A stretch of 44,688 bases of DNA from Candidatus Troglogloeales bacterium (GCA_005239925.1 SBBA01000108.1:1-44688), one strand, 5' to 3'; counted from the stretch's first letter, positions 28,196-37,767 are shown. Translations and numbers: made by a program. The notes: generated from the letters alone by a model not told the origin.

Positions 28196-29575
28196 TTACA
28201 GAAATCCCCTCTCTTCTATACCATACTCCTTGATCTTGGTGAGTAACGTTTTGTAGCTGACCTGTAATTGTTTTGCGGTTTTTAATTTGTTACCGCCCAT
28301 CTCGGCAAGCGCCTTTTTAATCACACGAGACTCTACGCATCGAATGGCGGCCGTACTGACGGCTTGTAGTCCCTCCCCTGCTTCAAGTGGAATGTCATCT
28401 AATGCCAATCCGGTTGAGATCAGACCCAAATCCTGCGGGCCAATCAGCGGGCCTTCGCACAAGATAATCGCCCGTTCGATACAGTTTTGCAGCTCTCTGA
28501 CATTGCCCGTAAAGGGATGTTTATTGATCTGATTCATCGCCTCCGGAGAAATTCCTATAACCTCCTTCTTTAATTCTTTAGAATAATGCGCGATAAAATG
28601 GTCAATTAGCGCGGGAAGGTCCTCTCGTCTTTCTCGAAGGGGAGGAATCATCACTGAAAAGACATTGAGCCGATAATAAAGGTCTTCGCGGAACAGCCGT
28701 TGCTGTACCCGTTGCAGTAAATTCCGATTGGTGGCCGCAATCAAACGAACGTCAATCTTGACCTTGGCGGTTCCTCCCACACGCATCATCTCCTCCGCTT
28801 CCAGGATGCGCAAGAGTTTTGGCTGAAGGGCCAAATCCATTTCTGCGATTTCATCCATGAAGAGGGTTCCCTTATGGGCCAGTTCGAAGTGACCCAGCCG
28901 TCGCCCCACGGCGCCGGTAAAGGCCCCTCGCTCATGCCCAAAAAGCTCGCTCTCTAAAAGCTCCCTGGGGATGGCCGCACAATTAATGGAGATAAACGGC
29001 TTGTCGTGCCTTGGGGAAAGCATATGAATCGCACGGGCGAAGAGTTCCTTTCCGGTCCCCGACTCTCCGGAAAGCAACACGGTGGTTTTCCCCTTGGCCA
29101 CCTTACCGATTTTCTCCGTGGCATCGTGCATGCCCTTTGATGTCCCAATGATTTTTGGAAAACCGATTTGGTCCTTGAAATTTTCTTTGAGAATGCGGTT
29201 TTCTATCAACAACCGTTTCTTTTCCAGCGCCTTGTCGATCTGGAGGAGAAGGTGATCGGGATCAAACGGCTTTGATATGAAGTCGTAGGCCCCTTCTTTA
29301 ACGGCGGCAACGGCGATCTCGATACTGCCATGCGCTGTCATGAGAATAACGGGTATTTCAGCAGAATGCTCTTTGACCGATCGAAGGACATCCAGTCCGC
29401 TTTTCTTCGGGAGTTTTAAGTCAGTAACGACCAAACCTACATCGTCTTCGATGAGCCTTGCAATCCCCGTCTCGGCATCTGAGGCAAGAATCACCTTGAA
29501 GCCTGCGCGGGTTACCGCCTGCGACAGCATCTGTCCCAGACTTTCTACATCTTCTATAATAAGAATCGTTTCCAT
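28196..29575 (-). CDS. NtrC-family sigma54 response regulator (PilR-like)
   Basis: Receiver (VTDLKLP, MTAHG, ISKPF), GESGTGKE, ESELFGHERGAFTGA, FREDLYYRLNV, Fis-type HTH. Confidence 0.93.
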   Translation of the reverse strand: METILIIEDVESLGQMLSQAVTRAGFKVILASDAETGIARLIEDDVGLVVTDLKLPKKSGLDVLRSVKEHSAEIPVILMTAHGSIEIAVAAVKEGAYDFISKPFDPDHLLLQIDKALEKKRLLIENRILKENFKDQIGFPKIIGTSKGMHDATEKIGKVAKGKTTVLLSGESGTGKELFARAIHMLSPRHDKPFISINCAAIPRELLESELFGHERGAFTGAVGRRLGHFELAHKGTLFMDEIAEMDLALQPKLLRILEAEEMMRVGGTAKVKIDVRLIAATNRNLLQRVQQRLFREDLYYRLNVFSVMIPPLRERREDLPALIDHFIAHYSKELKKEVIGISPEAMNQINKHPFTGNVRELQNCIERAIILCEGPLIGPQDLGLISTGLALDDIPLEAGEGLQAVSTAAIRCVESRVIKKALAEMGGNKLKTAKQLQVSYKTLLTKIKEYGIEERGFL

Positions 29576-29597
29576 ATTGAGTAAAAATAGGGATGTC

Positions 29598-29801
29598 TCA
29601 AACGGTCTGGAACTGTATCTCTCGCAGGTTCAAGCGAGGGGTGCGTCTTGAAAGGTGTAAAATCTCCACGCCCACCACTTGGTTTTGCTCATTGAAATCG
29701 AGAACAATACCAGGAGAGACCTCCTCCGATTCTACAATCTTTGATTCATCCAAACGCAAATAAAGCGCATCCGCCTTTTCGTCCGCTTTTAGTTTCATCA
29801 T
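29598..29801 (-). CDS. DUF2283 family putative antitoxin
   Basis: DEKADALYLRL..ESEEVSPGIVLDFN..VVGVEILHLS. Confidence 0.85.
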   Translation of the reverse strand: MMKLKADEKADALYLRLDESKIVESEEVSPGIVLDFNEQNQVVGVEILHLSRRTPRLNLREIQFQTV

Positions 29802-30046
29802 TGTCCTTTCATGGTTCTGTCGAAGTAAATCGTTATGATCGGTATCGGCTGTGATTTCTTATTGTACACCACTCGCAATACCCGATTTCCATACTCAATA
29901 ATCTTTCCCATACGGTGTTCTACTTCAGTATCGATAGGGTCCGCTTCCGTTTTTTCAGGGGAGATTAGCACACGCTCCAACCACTTGGTAGGGGTATCGC
30001 GTTCTATCAAAACATCTTGCGCGTGTTGGGTTAAAACATCGTCTAC
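29798..30046 (-). pseudogene. DUF4258 family putative RelE-like toxin with probable start-codon loss
   Basis: Frame reads (GTA)DDVLTQHAQDVLIERDTPTKWLERVL..PE..RVLRVV..IITIYFDR; the expected start after SD AAGAGG is GTA, preceded by an in-frame TAA. Confidence 0.65.
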
Positions 30047-30068
30047 TTATGCCTCTTCTTTTTTACCC

Positions 30069-31769
30069 TTAAAACCGACGTGCCGGAAGGGTAATCGTAA
30101 AGGTGGTCCCCTCCCCCGGCTTGCTTTCTACGGAGATGGTTCCATTGTGCGAGAGAATAATCTTGTGTACCAGGGCCAACCCCAACCCGCTCCCCTGCTC
30201 CCTTGTTGTAAAAAAGGGAAGAAAAATTTTATCAATTTGATCGGCGGGAATGCCTCGGCCCGAATCGGATATTTTTATTTCAACCGATCCATCTCTTAAA
30301 TGAGCCAGCCCAATATGCATTACCCCTCGCTTGTCCATCGCCTGAATTCCATTTTGTATCAGATTTAAAAAGACCTGCCGAATCAGTGTCCGATCTGCCG
30401 CTATTTCAGACGCCTCCAATGCCGTCTCAAATCGCACATCGGGCGTATTGGATTTGAATTTATTCAGCACTTCTTCTATCAGAGGCGTGAGGGGCATTGG
30501 GCAAAGCGTAAGCAACGGCTTCTTTCCATAAGAGAGTAGATCGGTAATTAACCGATCCATCGCGACACATTCGCTTGAAATGGCGCGTGTCATCTCTTGC
30601 TCCGAGCTCTTTGGTTCAAACGACTTGGACAATAAGCTGGCATACCCCATAATCGTGCCCATGTAACTTCTAAACTCATGGGCAATCCAGGCCGAAACCT
30701 CTCCCATCATCTCAAACCGCTTTTTTAGCTCAACCTGTGCCTGCAGGGCCTTCATCTCGGTCAGATCAACAAAGACAATGATGGCCCCAATAATTGTTCC
30801 ACTCCGATCCCGAAGCGCCGAGGTAGTAAACCCCAGATACTTTTTCTGGCCATTTTGTTGCACCACTTCACACTCTTCTCGAATCGCCTCTTTTTTTTGA
30901 GCCAGCGTTTCGTTCAGATGAACAGAAATCGCCAGGCCCTCCCCAAAGAGCGCCTCACAACTGCAACCCAACATCGCCTCCCGTTGACGGCCCAAAATTG
31001 TTTCTGCAGCAGGATTCACCGTGGTTACCCGACCCTCACAATTAAACGTCACAACGCCACTGGTCACGCTTCGAAGGATGTTTTCGTTCATCTGTGTGAG
31101 CGCCTGTTCCTTTTCCTTGAGTTGATGGATCACACCCTGAAAGGTATTCACCAGAAGACCACCCTCCTCCTGTTGGCCTGCCCCCGTGAGGGTGTCCGTA
31201 GAGGAACGTTTTAATAGAAGTCGCAGGGCATAATAACCCAGGATACCGCCGCCGCCCCATCCAAAAAGTTTAATAAAAATAAGAAGAGAATCTGCAGGCG
31301 AATTTTTTATCGGTGGAAGCAGGGTTGTAATGTGAATCACACGGCCTTCTTTTATAGGAAGAAATATTTCTCCCAAAGGCGTATCAGAGGGTTCATCAAA
31401 AATATGATACTGGGATTCCCCTGCTAACGCCTTGTGAAGGGGTATGGACAAGGGAACTTTCTCGTTCTTTTCTGGCTCGCGTGTGGAATCGGCCAAAAGA
31501 GAGCGGTCACTCCCAATTAAAAGAATCTGTTTGGCGCCGGTTTCTTTGGCCATGAGATAAAGATCATAAGGCTCTTCTTGACCCTTCCGCTTCTTGGTCA
31601 GTTGTTGCTTTACGGCCTCACCCAGTCGCTTTAATTGCTGACGGTCATCCTGATCTTTCGCCTCATAGAGCGCGTCTAATGTCATGTTTTGGTAGAGCAA
31701 GGAAAGCGTTAATAAGCCAAAGACAAAAAGGGGAAAGAGAATGAAGAAGAGACGACCGTTTTTATTCAT
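30069..31769 (-). CDS. PAS-domain sensor histidine kinase (PilS-like)
   Basis: Two TMs, PAS (NPAAETILG), H-box IAHEFRS, NLIQNGIQAM, DSGRGI, FFTTREQGSGLGL. Confidence 0.92.
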   Translation of the reverse strand: MNKNGRLFFILFPLFVFGLLTLSLLYQNMTLDALYEAKDQDDRQQLKRLGEAVKQQLTKKRKGQEEPYDLYLMAKETGAKQILLIGSDRSLLADSTREPEKNEKVPLSIPLHKALAGESQYHIFDEPSDTPLGEIFLPIKEGRVIHITTLLPPIKNSPADSLLIFIKLFGWGGGGILGYYALRLLLKRSSTDTLTGAGQQEEGGLLVNTFQGVIHQLKEKEQALTQMNENILRSVTSGVVTFNCEGRVTTVNPAAETILGRQREAMLGCSCEALFGEGLAISVHLNETLAQKKEAIREECEVVQQNGQKKYLGFTTSALRDRSGTIIGAIIVFVDLTEMKALQAQVELKKRFEMMGEVSAWIAHEFRSYMGTIMGYASLLSKSFEPKSSEQEMTRAISSECVAMDRLITDLLSYGKKPLLTLCPMPLTPLIEEVLNKFKSNTPDVRFETALEASEIAADRTLIRQVFLNLIQNGIQAMDKRGVMHIGLAHLRDGSVEIKISDSGRGIPADQIDKIFLPFFTTREQGSGLGLALVHKIILSHNGTISVESKPGEGTTFTITLPARRF

Positions 31770-32530
31770 AAACGATAAACATACCAGTCAATGATACCGT
31801 CCCCGAAAAAGACGGCAATGATGGCCCCCATCGCGAGAAACGGGCCAAACGGAATGGGGTCTTGTCGGCCTCGTAACCGGGTGGCTATTAAGACAATCCC
31901 AATAATGGATCCAATGACTGAGGCCAGAAACACGACCAGGATCACCTTTTGCCAACCCAGAAGGGCGCCAATCATGGCCACCAGTTTGATATCGCCGCCC
32001 CCCATCCCCTCCTTTTTCAAGAGAACCACGGACAGAATCGCAATTGCATAAAATAGCCCGCCCCCCAGCAGCAGTCCAATAACCGCATCCTTCGGGCCGG
32101 TAGAAAGAACGGTAGATGCCGCAAGCAAGCCGATGACAATACCGGGCAACGAGATGCTGTCTGGGATAATCTGATGGTAGAGATCAATCACGGTAATGGT
32201 CAACAAGGCGGAGAAGAAAATGGCGTAGACCAGGGTCTCGATAGATAACCCAAACTGATTGAAGATCAAGAGATAGCCCACGGCATGCACTAACTCGACT
32301 GCAGGATATTGCCATGAGATCACCGCGTGACAATCACGGCACCGGCCGCGCAGGAGCAGGAAACTTAATACGGGAATATTGTCGTAAGATCGAACCGGAT
32401 GTTGACACGAAGGGCAGTAGGAGCGAGGGGCGACAATGGATTCCTTCTTGGGAAGCCGATAAATACAGACGTTGATAAAACTTCCAATCAGAAGCCCCAA
32501 AATAAAGAAGATAACAGAGAATGCGATCAC
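31766..32530 (-). CDS. pilD: Type IV prepilin peptidase/N-methyltransferase
   Basis: GSFINVCIYRLP, CPSC/CRDC, DLYHQIIPD, GMGGGDIKL, IPFGPFL. Confidence 0.95.
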   Translation of the reverse strand: MIAFSVIFFILGLLIGSFINVCIYRLPKKESIVAPRSYCPSCQHPVRSYDNIPVLSFLLLRGRCRDCHAVISWQYPAVELVHAVGYLLIFNQFGLSIETLVYAIFFSALLTITVIDLYHQIIPDSISLPGIVIGLLAASTVLSTGPKDAVIGLLLGGGLFYAIAILSVVLLKKEGMGGGDIKLVAMIGALLGWQKVILVVFLASVIGSIIGIVLIATRLRGRQDPIPFGPFLAMGAIIAVFFGDGIIDWYVYRL

Positions 32531-32607
32531 CTTTGTGTCAACCTCCCGTCTACTTTGAGAAGACTAGCACAAGAGGGCATTGCGCTTAAAGGGTGGGTTG
32601 TTTTTTA

Positions 32608-32775
32608 TTAAGGAATACTTCTATGTTTCTCGCAGTTGAAAGCGATATCAATGTCTCTGTCCTTGCCCTTGGAACATTGATCCACACCAGGTCCACCGTC
32701 TAAGGTATCACTCCCTACACCGCCATTTAACTGATCGTTTCCGGTGCCACCGATTAAAAATCATTCCCCGTATCA
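32608..32775 (-). pseudogene. Relic of an RTX/hemolysin-type Ca-binding repeat gene (3' end)
   Basis: Minus strand reads DTGND/FLIGGTGNDQLNGGVGSDTLDGGPGVDQCSKGKDRDIDIAFNCEKHRSIP* with a 1-nt frameshift in a T run; no start codon. Confidence 0.7.
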
Positions 32776-32795
32776 GAGACGTTTTGAAATATCCT

Positions 32796-33536
32796 TTAAA
32801 GTACGGGCATCAATTCGGAAAGATGCGATAGAATGTAATTAGGCCGGGGGGCCTCTTCGGAAGGTATCACGCCATCGGGGTTAATCCAAGCCGTATCCAT
32901 GCCGACCCCATTCGCCCCCGCTATATCGGAGGACATACTGTCTCCAATAAAAAGGGCCTGGTTAGGGTGAATGGCGAGAGGCTCGCAGGCCGCCAGAAAA
33001 ATCTCTTTCCGAGGCTTTCTGAGGCCAAATTCCGACGAGATGAGAATCGTATCAAACAAGCCCCTGATCTCTTCCCGATCCAAAACCGTGTAAACCGTTT
33101 CCGTATCGTCGAAGTTGGTGATTAGACCGATGGGGTATTCCTGTTTTAAGGCCATTAGGAGCGCCTTGTTTTCATCAGGGCAATAAAGACAATTTGCCAC
33201 CTGGTCTAAGTGGGTCTTCATCAACGTGTTATGCAAAGTAGCCCTTTGTTCGGATGGAGCGATTTGAAGCAAATCCAGAAAACGCGCAAAGCGGATGAAA
33301 GAAGAAACTTCCTCGCCGGACAGCCGCAACGCCGCCGTTGATTCTGTGGCTGCTACGAAACAATCGTGAAAGGCCTCATAACCCATATCCATGCCGTGCT
33401 CACGAAAGCAATCATAGAGCAGGGGTGTCGTGGTATGGATCGTCTCGCCCCGGATAATTACCTTCGGCATACGGTCGCTGCAATACGGCATGATGGTATC
33501 GCATAAATCGAAAATTAAGGCGGCATAGCGACGCAT
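32796..33536 (-). CDS. HAD-family hydrolase (YjjG/YigB-like)
   Basis: IFDLCDTI, LITNFD, SSEFGLRKP, FIGDSMSSDIAGA. Confidence 0.88.
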   Translation of the reverse strand: MRRYAALIFDLCDTIMPYCSDRMPKVIIRGETIHTTTPLLYDCFREHGMDMGYEAFHDCFVAATESTAALRLSGEEVSSFIRFARFLDLLQIAPSEQRATLHNTLMKTHLDQVANCLYCPDENKALLMALKQEYPIGLITNFDDTETVYTVLDREEIRGLFDTILISSEFGLRKPRKEIFLAACEPLAIHPNQALFIGDSMSSDIAGANGVGMDTAWINPDGVIPSEEAPRPNYILSHLSELMPVL

Positions 33537-33552
33537 TTGTTTTACTCCAAAT

Positions 33553-33579
33553 GGGGCGAACACAAAGGTTCGCCCCTAC
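33553..33579 (-). repeat. GTAG-type REP
   Basis: Minus strand GTAGGGGCGAACCTTTGTGTTCGCCCC; supplies the TAG stop of the Nudix gene. Confidence 0.75.
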
Positions 33580-33980
33580 AAAGAATCTCTGCCTGAGGAC
33601 AATGCCAGAATCAGCGGGTCATTTGCCGGTGGAAAGGCATATAAAGAAAGCTCGTGGAGGGCAATCCATTTTCTTTGCTCGGAAAGCACGGGGGGATCAC
33701 CGACTAAACGGCAAAGATAGGCATGTAGCATGATATCTCGATCCGGGTAGAAGTATCTGATTTGACCATAGGGTCGTTTGATTTCAATCTCAATCTGAAG
33801 CTCCTCTCGGATTTCTCTGATCAGGCATTCCTCTAATGTCTCTTCCGGATTCTGTTTTCCGCCCGGGAATTCCCAAAGACCTGGTAGGTGCGTATCTGGC
33901 CTCCGTTGGGTAATCAACAGCTTCTGATCTTTTTCAATGATGGCAATGGCAACGTTGACCAGGAGAGGGGTATTTCTCAT
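33576..33980 (-). CDS. mutT: Nudix hydrolase, MutT/NudG-like
   Basis: GLWEFPGGKQNPEETLEECLIREIREEL, YAFPPAN; start uncertain. Confidence 0.85.
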   Translation of the reverse strand: MRNTPLLVNVAIAIIEKDQKLLITQRRPDTHLPGLWEFPGGKQNPEETLEECLIREIREELQIEIEIKRPYGQIRYFYPDRDIMLHAYLCRLVGDPPVLSEQRKWIALHELSLYAFPPANDPLILALSSGRDSL

Positions 33981-34040
33981 ATGATCCGTTAATCCCATTA
34001 TTTCACAATAACTCATAACGATCAACCGCATTTAAACAGT

Positions 34041-34069
34041 TTGATCTTCAAGACTTCTAAGGCTATAAT
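34041..34069 (+). promoter_or_regulatory. sigma70 promoter for rph
   Basis: TTGATC-17 bp-TATAAT, then an AAGGAGG SD. Confidence 0.65.
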
Positions 34070-34099
34070 CCCACCTTCATCATTTGAGAAGGAGGCCCG

Positions 34100-34822
34100 T
34101 TGCGTATTGATGGAAGAAAAAAAGAAGAGCTGAGGTCGGTACAAATCACCCGCAACTATATCAAACATGCAGAAGGATCGGTTTTAATTGAAATGGGGGA
34201 TACCAAAGTGGTTGCCACAGCCACCGTGGAGGAACGTGTCCCACCGTTCTTGAAGAATCAGGGTAAGGGCTGGATTACGGCGGAATATGCGATGCTGCCC
34301 CGATCATCCAAAGATCGGATCATGCGGGAATCGGCCAAGGGAAAAGTGGGGGGACGAACGCATGAGATTCAGCGATTGATTGGCAGATCATTGCGATCCA
34401 TCATTGATCTGCCGAAATTGGGGGAGCGATCTATTTTGATTGATTGCGACGTGATTCAGGCAGACGGAGGCACCCGAACGGCGGCCATTACCGGTGCCTT
34501 TGTGGCATTGGTTGACGCCTTACGGCATTTAAAAAAAGAAGGCAAGATTAAGGCATTGCCCCTTACCGATTTTTTGGCTGCGATCAGTGTGGGCAAGGTA
34601 AATAAAGAACTTTTACTCGACTTAAATTATGCCGAGGACTCCAAGGCAGAAGTGGATATGAACGTCGTGATGACGGGCAAGGGGCGATTCGTGGAGGTGC
34701 AGGGAACCGCCGAGCAGACGCCGTTTCAAAAGGCCGAGTTGGATCATATGCTCAAGCTGGCATCAAAGGGAATCAAGCAATTGGTCGCCCGGCAAAAAGA
34801 GATGCTGGGGAATCTGACATGA
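34100..34822 (+). CDS. rph: Ribonuclease PH
   Basis: [48 protein letters not shown]. Confidence 0.97.
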   Translation: MRIDGRKKEELRSVQITRNYIKHAEGSVLIEMGDTKVVATATVEERVPPFLKNQGKGWITAEYAMLPRSSKDRIMRESAKGKVGGRTHEIQRLIGRSLRSIIDLPKLGERSILIDCDVIQADGGTRTAAITGAFVALVDALRHLKKEGKIKALPLTDFLAAISVGKVNKELLLDLNYAEDSKAEVDMNVVMTGKGRFVEVQGTAEQTPFQKAELDHMLKLASKGIKQLVARQKEMLGNLT

Positions 34823-35412
34823 TGCTGATTCTGGCCACGGCCAATAAGGACAAGGGAAAAGAGATATCGTCTATCTTGGGTGTGTTGCCGGATATCAGGC
34901 TTCGCCTGCTCTCGGATTATCCACATATAACGCTCCCGCCGGAAACCGGATTGACGTATCGTGAAAATGCCGAGATCAAGGCGACCACCGTGGCAAAGGC
35001 CGCGGGCGAGTGGGCCTTGGGAGATGATTCGGGATTGGAGATTGCCGCGTTGAACGGCGAGCCAGGGCTTTATTCGGCCAGATATGCAGGCGAAAATGTT
35101 TCGTATGCCGATAATCGAAAAAAAGTTTTGGATCTCTTAAAAAATATTCCCGATGAAAAACGGCAGGCGCGATTTATCTGTACGATTGTGATCAGCGACC
35201 CGGATGGAAACGTTGCAGGCGTCGCGGAAGGCCTCTGTGAAGGGAAGATTGCCCTTGTCGAAACAGGGGAGGGTGGGTTTGGATATGACCCCATTTTTTA
35301 CCTGCCGCAATACGGCAAGACCTTTTCGGAATTGACGCAGGACGAAAAAAACAGGGTAAGTCACCGGGGAAACGCCCTTCGCGCGACTATAGCGATTTTA
35401 AAGAAAAGATGA
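34819..35412 (+). CDS. rdgB: Non-canonical purine NTP pyrophosphatase
   Basis: [42 protein letters not shown]. Confidence 0.95.
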   Translation: MMLILATANKDKGKEISSILGVLPDIRLRLLSDYPHITLPPETGLTYRENAEIKATTVAKAAGEWALGDDSGLEIAALNGEPGLYSARYAGENVSYADNRKKVLDLLKNIPDEKRQARFICTIVISDPDGNVAGVAEGLCEGKIALVETGEGGFGYDPIFYLPQYGKTFSELTQDEKNRVSHRGNALRATIAILKKR

Positions 35413-35431
35413 TAACATGCACTCTATCCTT

Positions 35432-35548
35432 TTAGACTGTCTGTGGCCAGCATCTACATTTTTGTGTGGATAATTTTGGTCGTAACGACATCGGTATGGC
35501 CACAGCGACCAGCGGGAGCTGTTGTTCGCCTTCGCCCGTCGGCGGATT
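35432..35548 (+). repeat. Copy D of the ~115-bp structured repeat, abutting tRNA-Pro
   Basis: ttagactg..atctacatttttgtgtggataa..gtaacgacatcgg..gcgaccagcgggagctg..ttcgcccgtcggcggatt. Confidence 0.8.
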
Positions 35549-35622
35549 CGGGGTGTAGCGCAGCCTGGTAGCGCACCTGCTTTGGGAGCAGGGAGTCGGA
35601 GGTTCAAATCCTCTCACCCCGA
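35549..35622 (+). tRNA. tRNA-Pro (TGG), CCA not encoded
   Basis: CGGGGTG acceptor stem, anticodon arm cctgc-ttTGGga-gcagg, GGTTCAAATCC. Confidence 0.96.
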
Positions 35623-35641
35623 CCCGATATAAAACGCCATC

Positions 35642-36223
35642 ATGCAACAACCCCATCATATTCAATTTGATCTGCCGGAGTGGTTGTCTGAGTTTATACG
35701 CAATACAGAAACTATCCAGGATGTTCACGAGCGGATGGACTTTGTAATTGCGGCCGCGAGAAACAATATCGTTCAAAAAACCGGAGGGCCTTTTGCAGCG
35801 GCTGTCTTTGAGATCGAATCAGGAAGGCTCGTTTCACTGGGCGTGAATTTGGTGACCACCCAGGGTTCATCGATTCTGCATGCGGAGATGGTGGCCATTG
35901 CCATTGCGCAGAAGAAACTTGCCACTTACGATTTGGGTGGGGGAACGGCAAGACACGAACTGGTCTCTTCCGCCGAGCCGTGCGCCATGTGTTTTGGCGC
36001 GATTCCCTGGTCTGGAATACGCCGTGTCATTACGGCGGCTACCGACGCTGATGTTCGCTCTGTCGGCTTTGATGAAGGGGCTAAAGTGGCCGCTTGGCAA
36101 GCTGCTCTTGCAGCAAGAGGAATTGCGGTAGTCCGTGAGGTGGAGCGAGAAAAGGCTACCAAGGTGTTACGTGAATACGCACGGAACGGAGGGAAAATAT
36201 ACAACTCAAGGGAAACGATCTAG
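35642..36223 (+). CDS. Zn-dependent nucleoside/nucleotide deaminase (CDA superfamily)
   Basis: GGPFAAAV, HAE, EPCAMC, GFDEG. Confidence 0.88.
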   Translation: MQQPHHIQFDLPEWLSEFIRNTETIQDVHERMDFVIAAARNNIVQKTGGPFAAAVFEIESGRLVSLGVNLVTTQGSSILHAEMVAIAIAQKKLATYDLGGGTARHELVSSAEPCAMCFGAIPWSGIRRVITAATDADVRSVGFDEGAKVAAWQAALAARGIAVVREVEREKATKVLREYARNGGKIYNSRETI

Positions 36224-36228
36224 CCTAT

Positions 36229-37425
36229 TTATTTAGAACGTCTCCGAATGACAACCGAATTGGCATCCGGTTCTGTCCAGTAGATATTCTCCTTGTCTAC
36301 AAGGAAATCCAGTATACGTATGCGGTCTGTAATTAACGAAATGGCTTCGCCCCCCAGGAGGGATTGTTTCATGATTGCTATTTTCGAAAACCCGCGATCA
36401 TCAACCCCTTTTTCATGGGTCCAATAAAGATCATCTCCATCTATCGTAAAATAAAAACCATACCGATCACGTATCCGGAATATCGTTTTTTTCTGGCCCT
36501 GCGTGTTGAGGGTCTTAATCACAGTTTCACACCGCTGATGCCTCTGTTCACTATAGACACACTCTCTTTCGTCCCAATAAATGTTACTGTCGCTAACAAA
36601 GAGCGAGTGAGAATAATGATGGCCCATTAGCCCACTCGCAAGGGTCTCCACTGGCCCACCTGCTACAGGCATTTTCTTGATCTGGTAGTCCTGATCCGCT
36701 GTTCCCCAGTCGATCCAATAGAGCACTCCCTTATAAACGACAAGTTCTCCTGCGGACGGCACTCCGGAAACAAGTATTTCTGGAACGCCGCCACTGATTA
36801 CAACTCTTTTTATTTTATAGGTGCAGGAATAAGCAATAAGAGAGGTAGAGCCACTGGCTGCCTTTACACATTCCTCATCAACCCAATACACGTGTTCTCC
36901 TTCGGTTACAATTCTGCCAAACCCATTTTCTTGTTCGACAAGGACAGTAATCTCTCGTGTGGTTGTTTTAATCGCCTTAATATAATATTTGGAGTTTCCA
37001 AGAGGGTCCTTGCTAGCTTCCCTTTCTGTAAAATAAACCGATTCTCCATTAACCAGAAAGCCGCCGACCCACCAGGTGTCCTCTACAATAGTTTCAACAA
37101 CGCCATCTGCAATACGCACCCGCTGCAAATGTTCTTTATCGCCTGATTCAAACGTATCAAAGAAATATAAATAGGTGCTGTCTGTTCTGAGATGACTTGG
37201 ATTTTGTAATCCTCGTACGATTGTCGTGACCCCAGGAGGGTCAATCTGCGACTCCACCTGCGCAGAGGGCGGGGAATAGGGAGTGTAATTATAATTATAG
37301 TTGGTTCTTTCATTGCAACCCAAGAGAAAGAAGAGGCTTGCGAAGACGGAAAAGCAACCGAAAAATCGACAACAGGTTTGATATCGCTGTAAGGAGATAA
37401 CCGATAAGATAAAAGGAAGGTACAT
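36229..37425 (-). CDS. Beta-propeller lipoprotein (DUF5050-like repeats)
   Basis: Lipobox LLGC; repeated xYW/YF strands followed by IKKMPVAGG-type turns; start uncertain (37425 or 37548). Confidence 0.7.
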   Translation of the reverse strand: MYLPFILSVISLQRYQTCCRFFGCFSVFASLFFLLGCNERTNYNYNYTPYSPPSAQVESQIDPPGVTTIVRGLQNPSHLRTDSTYLYFFDTFESGDKEHLQRVRIADGVVETIVEDTWWVGGFLVNGESVYFTEREASKDPLGNSKYYIKAIKTTTREITVLVEQENGFGRIVTEGEHVYWVDEECVKAASGSTSLIAYSCTYKIKRVVISGGVPEILVSGVPSAGELVVYKGVLYWIDWGTADQDYQIKKMPVAGGPVETLASGLMGHHYSHSLFVSDSNIYWDERECVYSEQRHQRCETVIKTLNTQGQKKTIFRIRDRYGFYFTIDGDDLYWTHEKGVDDRGFSKIAIMKQSLLGGEAISLITDRIRILDFLVDKENIYWTEPDANSVVIRRRSK

Positions 37426-37560
37426 ACGTTTTATCGAAATTAGGAGGTTGATCAGGGGACTTCTTCTGCGCACTACTATACTTATAGCTACAGATGAAAG
37501 CAACACAATTCTTGTTATAAAGAGCGATCTGGAGTCATTGACAGCCATTTAATAATAAGA

Positions 37561-37675
37561 TTAGACTCTCGTTAGTGACGTCTACGTTTTTTGCGTAGAT
37601 AACTTTCGTGTAATGACATCGGAAGGCCCAGACCGACCAACGAGAGGGCTTGCTCGCTTCCGCCCGCGGCGGATT
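37561..37675 (+). repeat. Copy E of the ~115-bp structured repeat
   Basis: ttagactc..tctacgttttttgcgtagataa..gtaatgacatcgg..cgaccaacgagag..tccgcccgcggcggatt. Confidence 0.8.
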
Positions 37676-37767
37676 GGCATATAAAAATGACTGATAAGGC
37701 TGGACCTGCCACACGTTATTGATCTACCCTTCCTTTCTTTTCACAATAGGCCTTTTATTAAGACAAC

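Noticed and set aside
34917-35473. oriC from two perfect DnaA boxes (TTATCCACA at 34917, TGTGGATAA at ~35465)
   Set aside because: One is inside rdgB; the other is part of a hairpin of repeat copy D and is not conserved in copy E. No box cluster, DUE or dnaA.
37674-37692. sigma54 promoter upstream of lpxL (TTGGCATATAAAATGAC)
   Set aside because: The -12 element reads GA rather than the required GC.
35549-37760. Integrase-type genomic island at tRNA-Pro
   Set aside because: No integrase and no duplicated tRNA 3' end (att) seen downstream.
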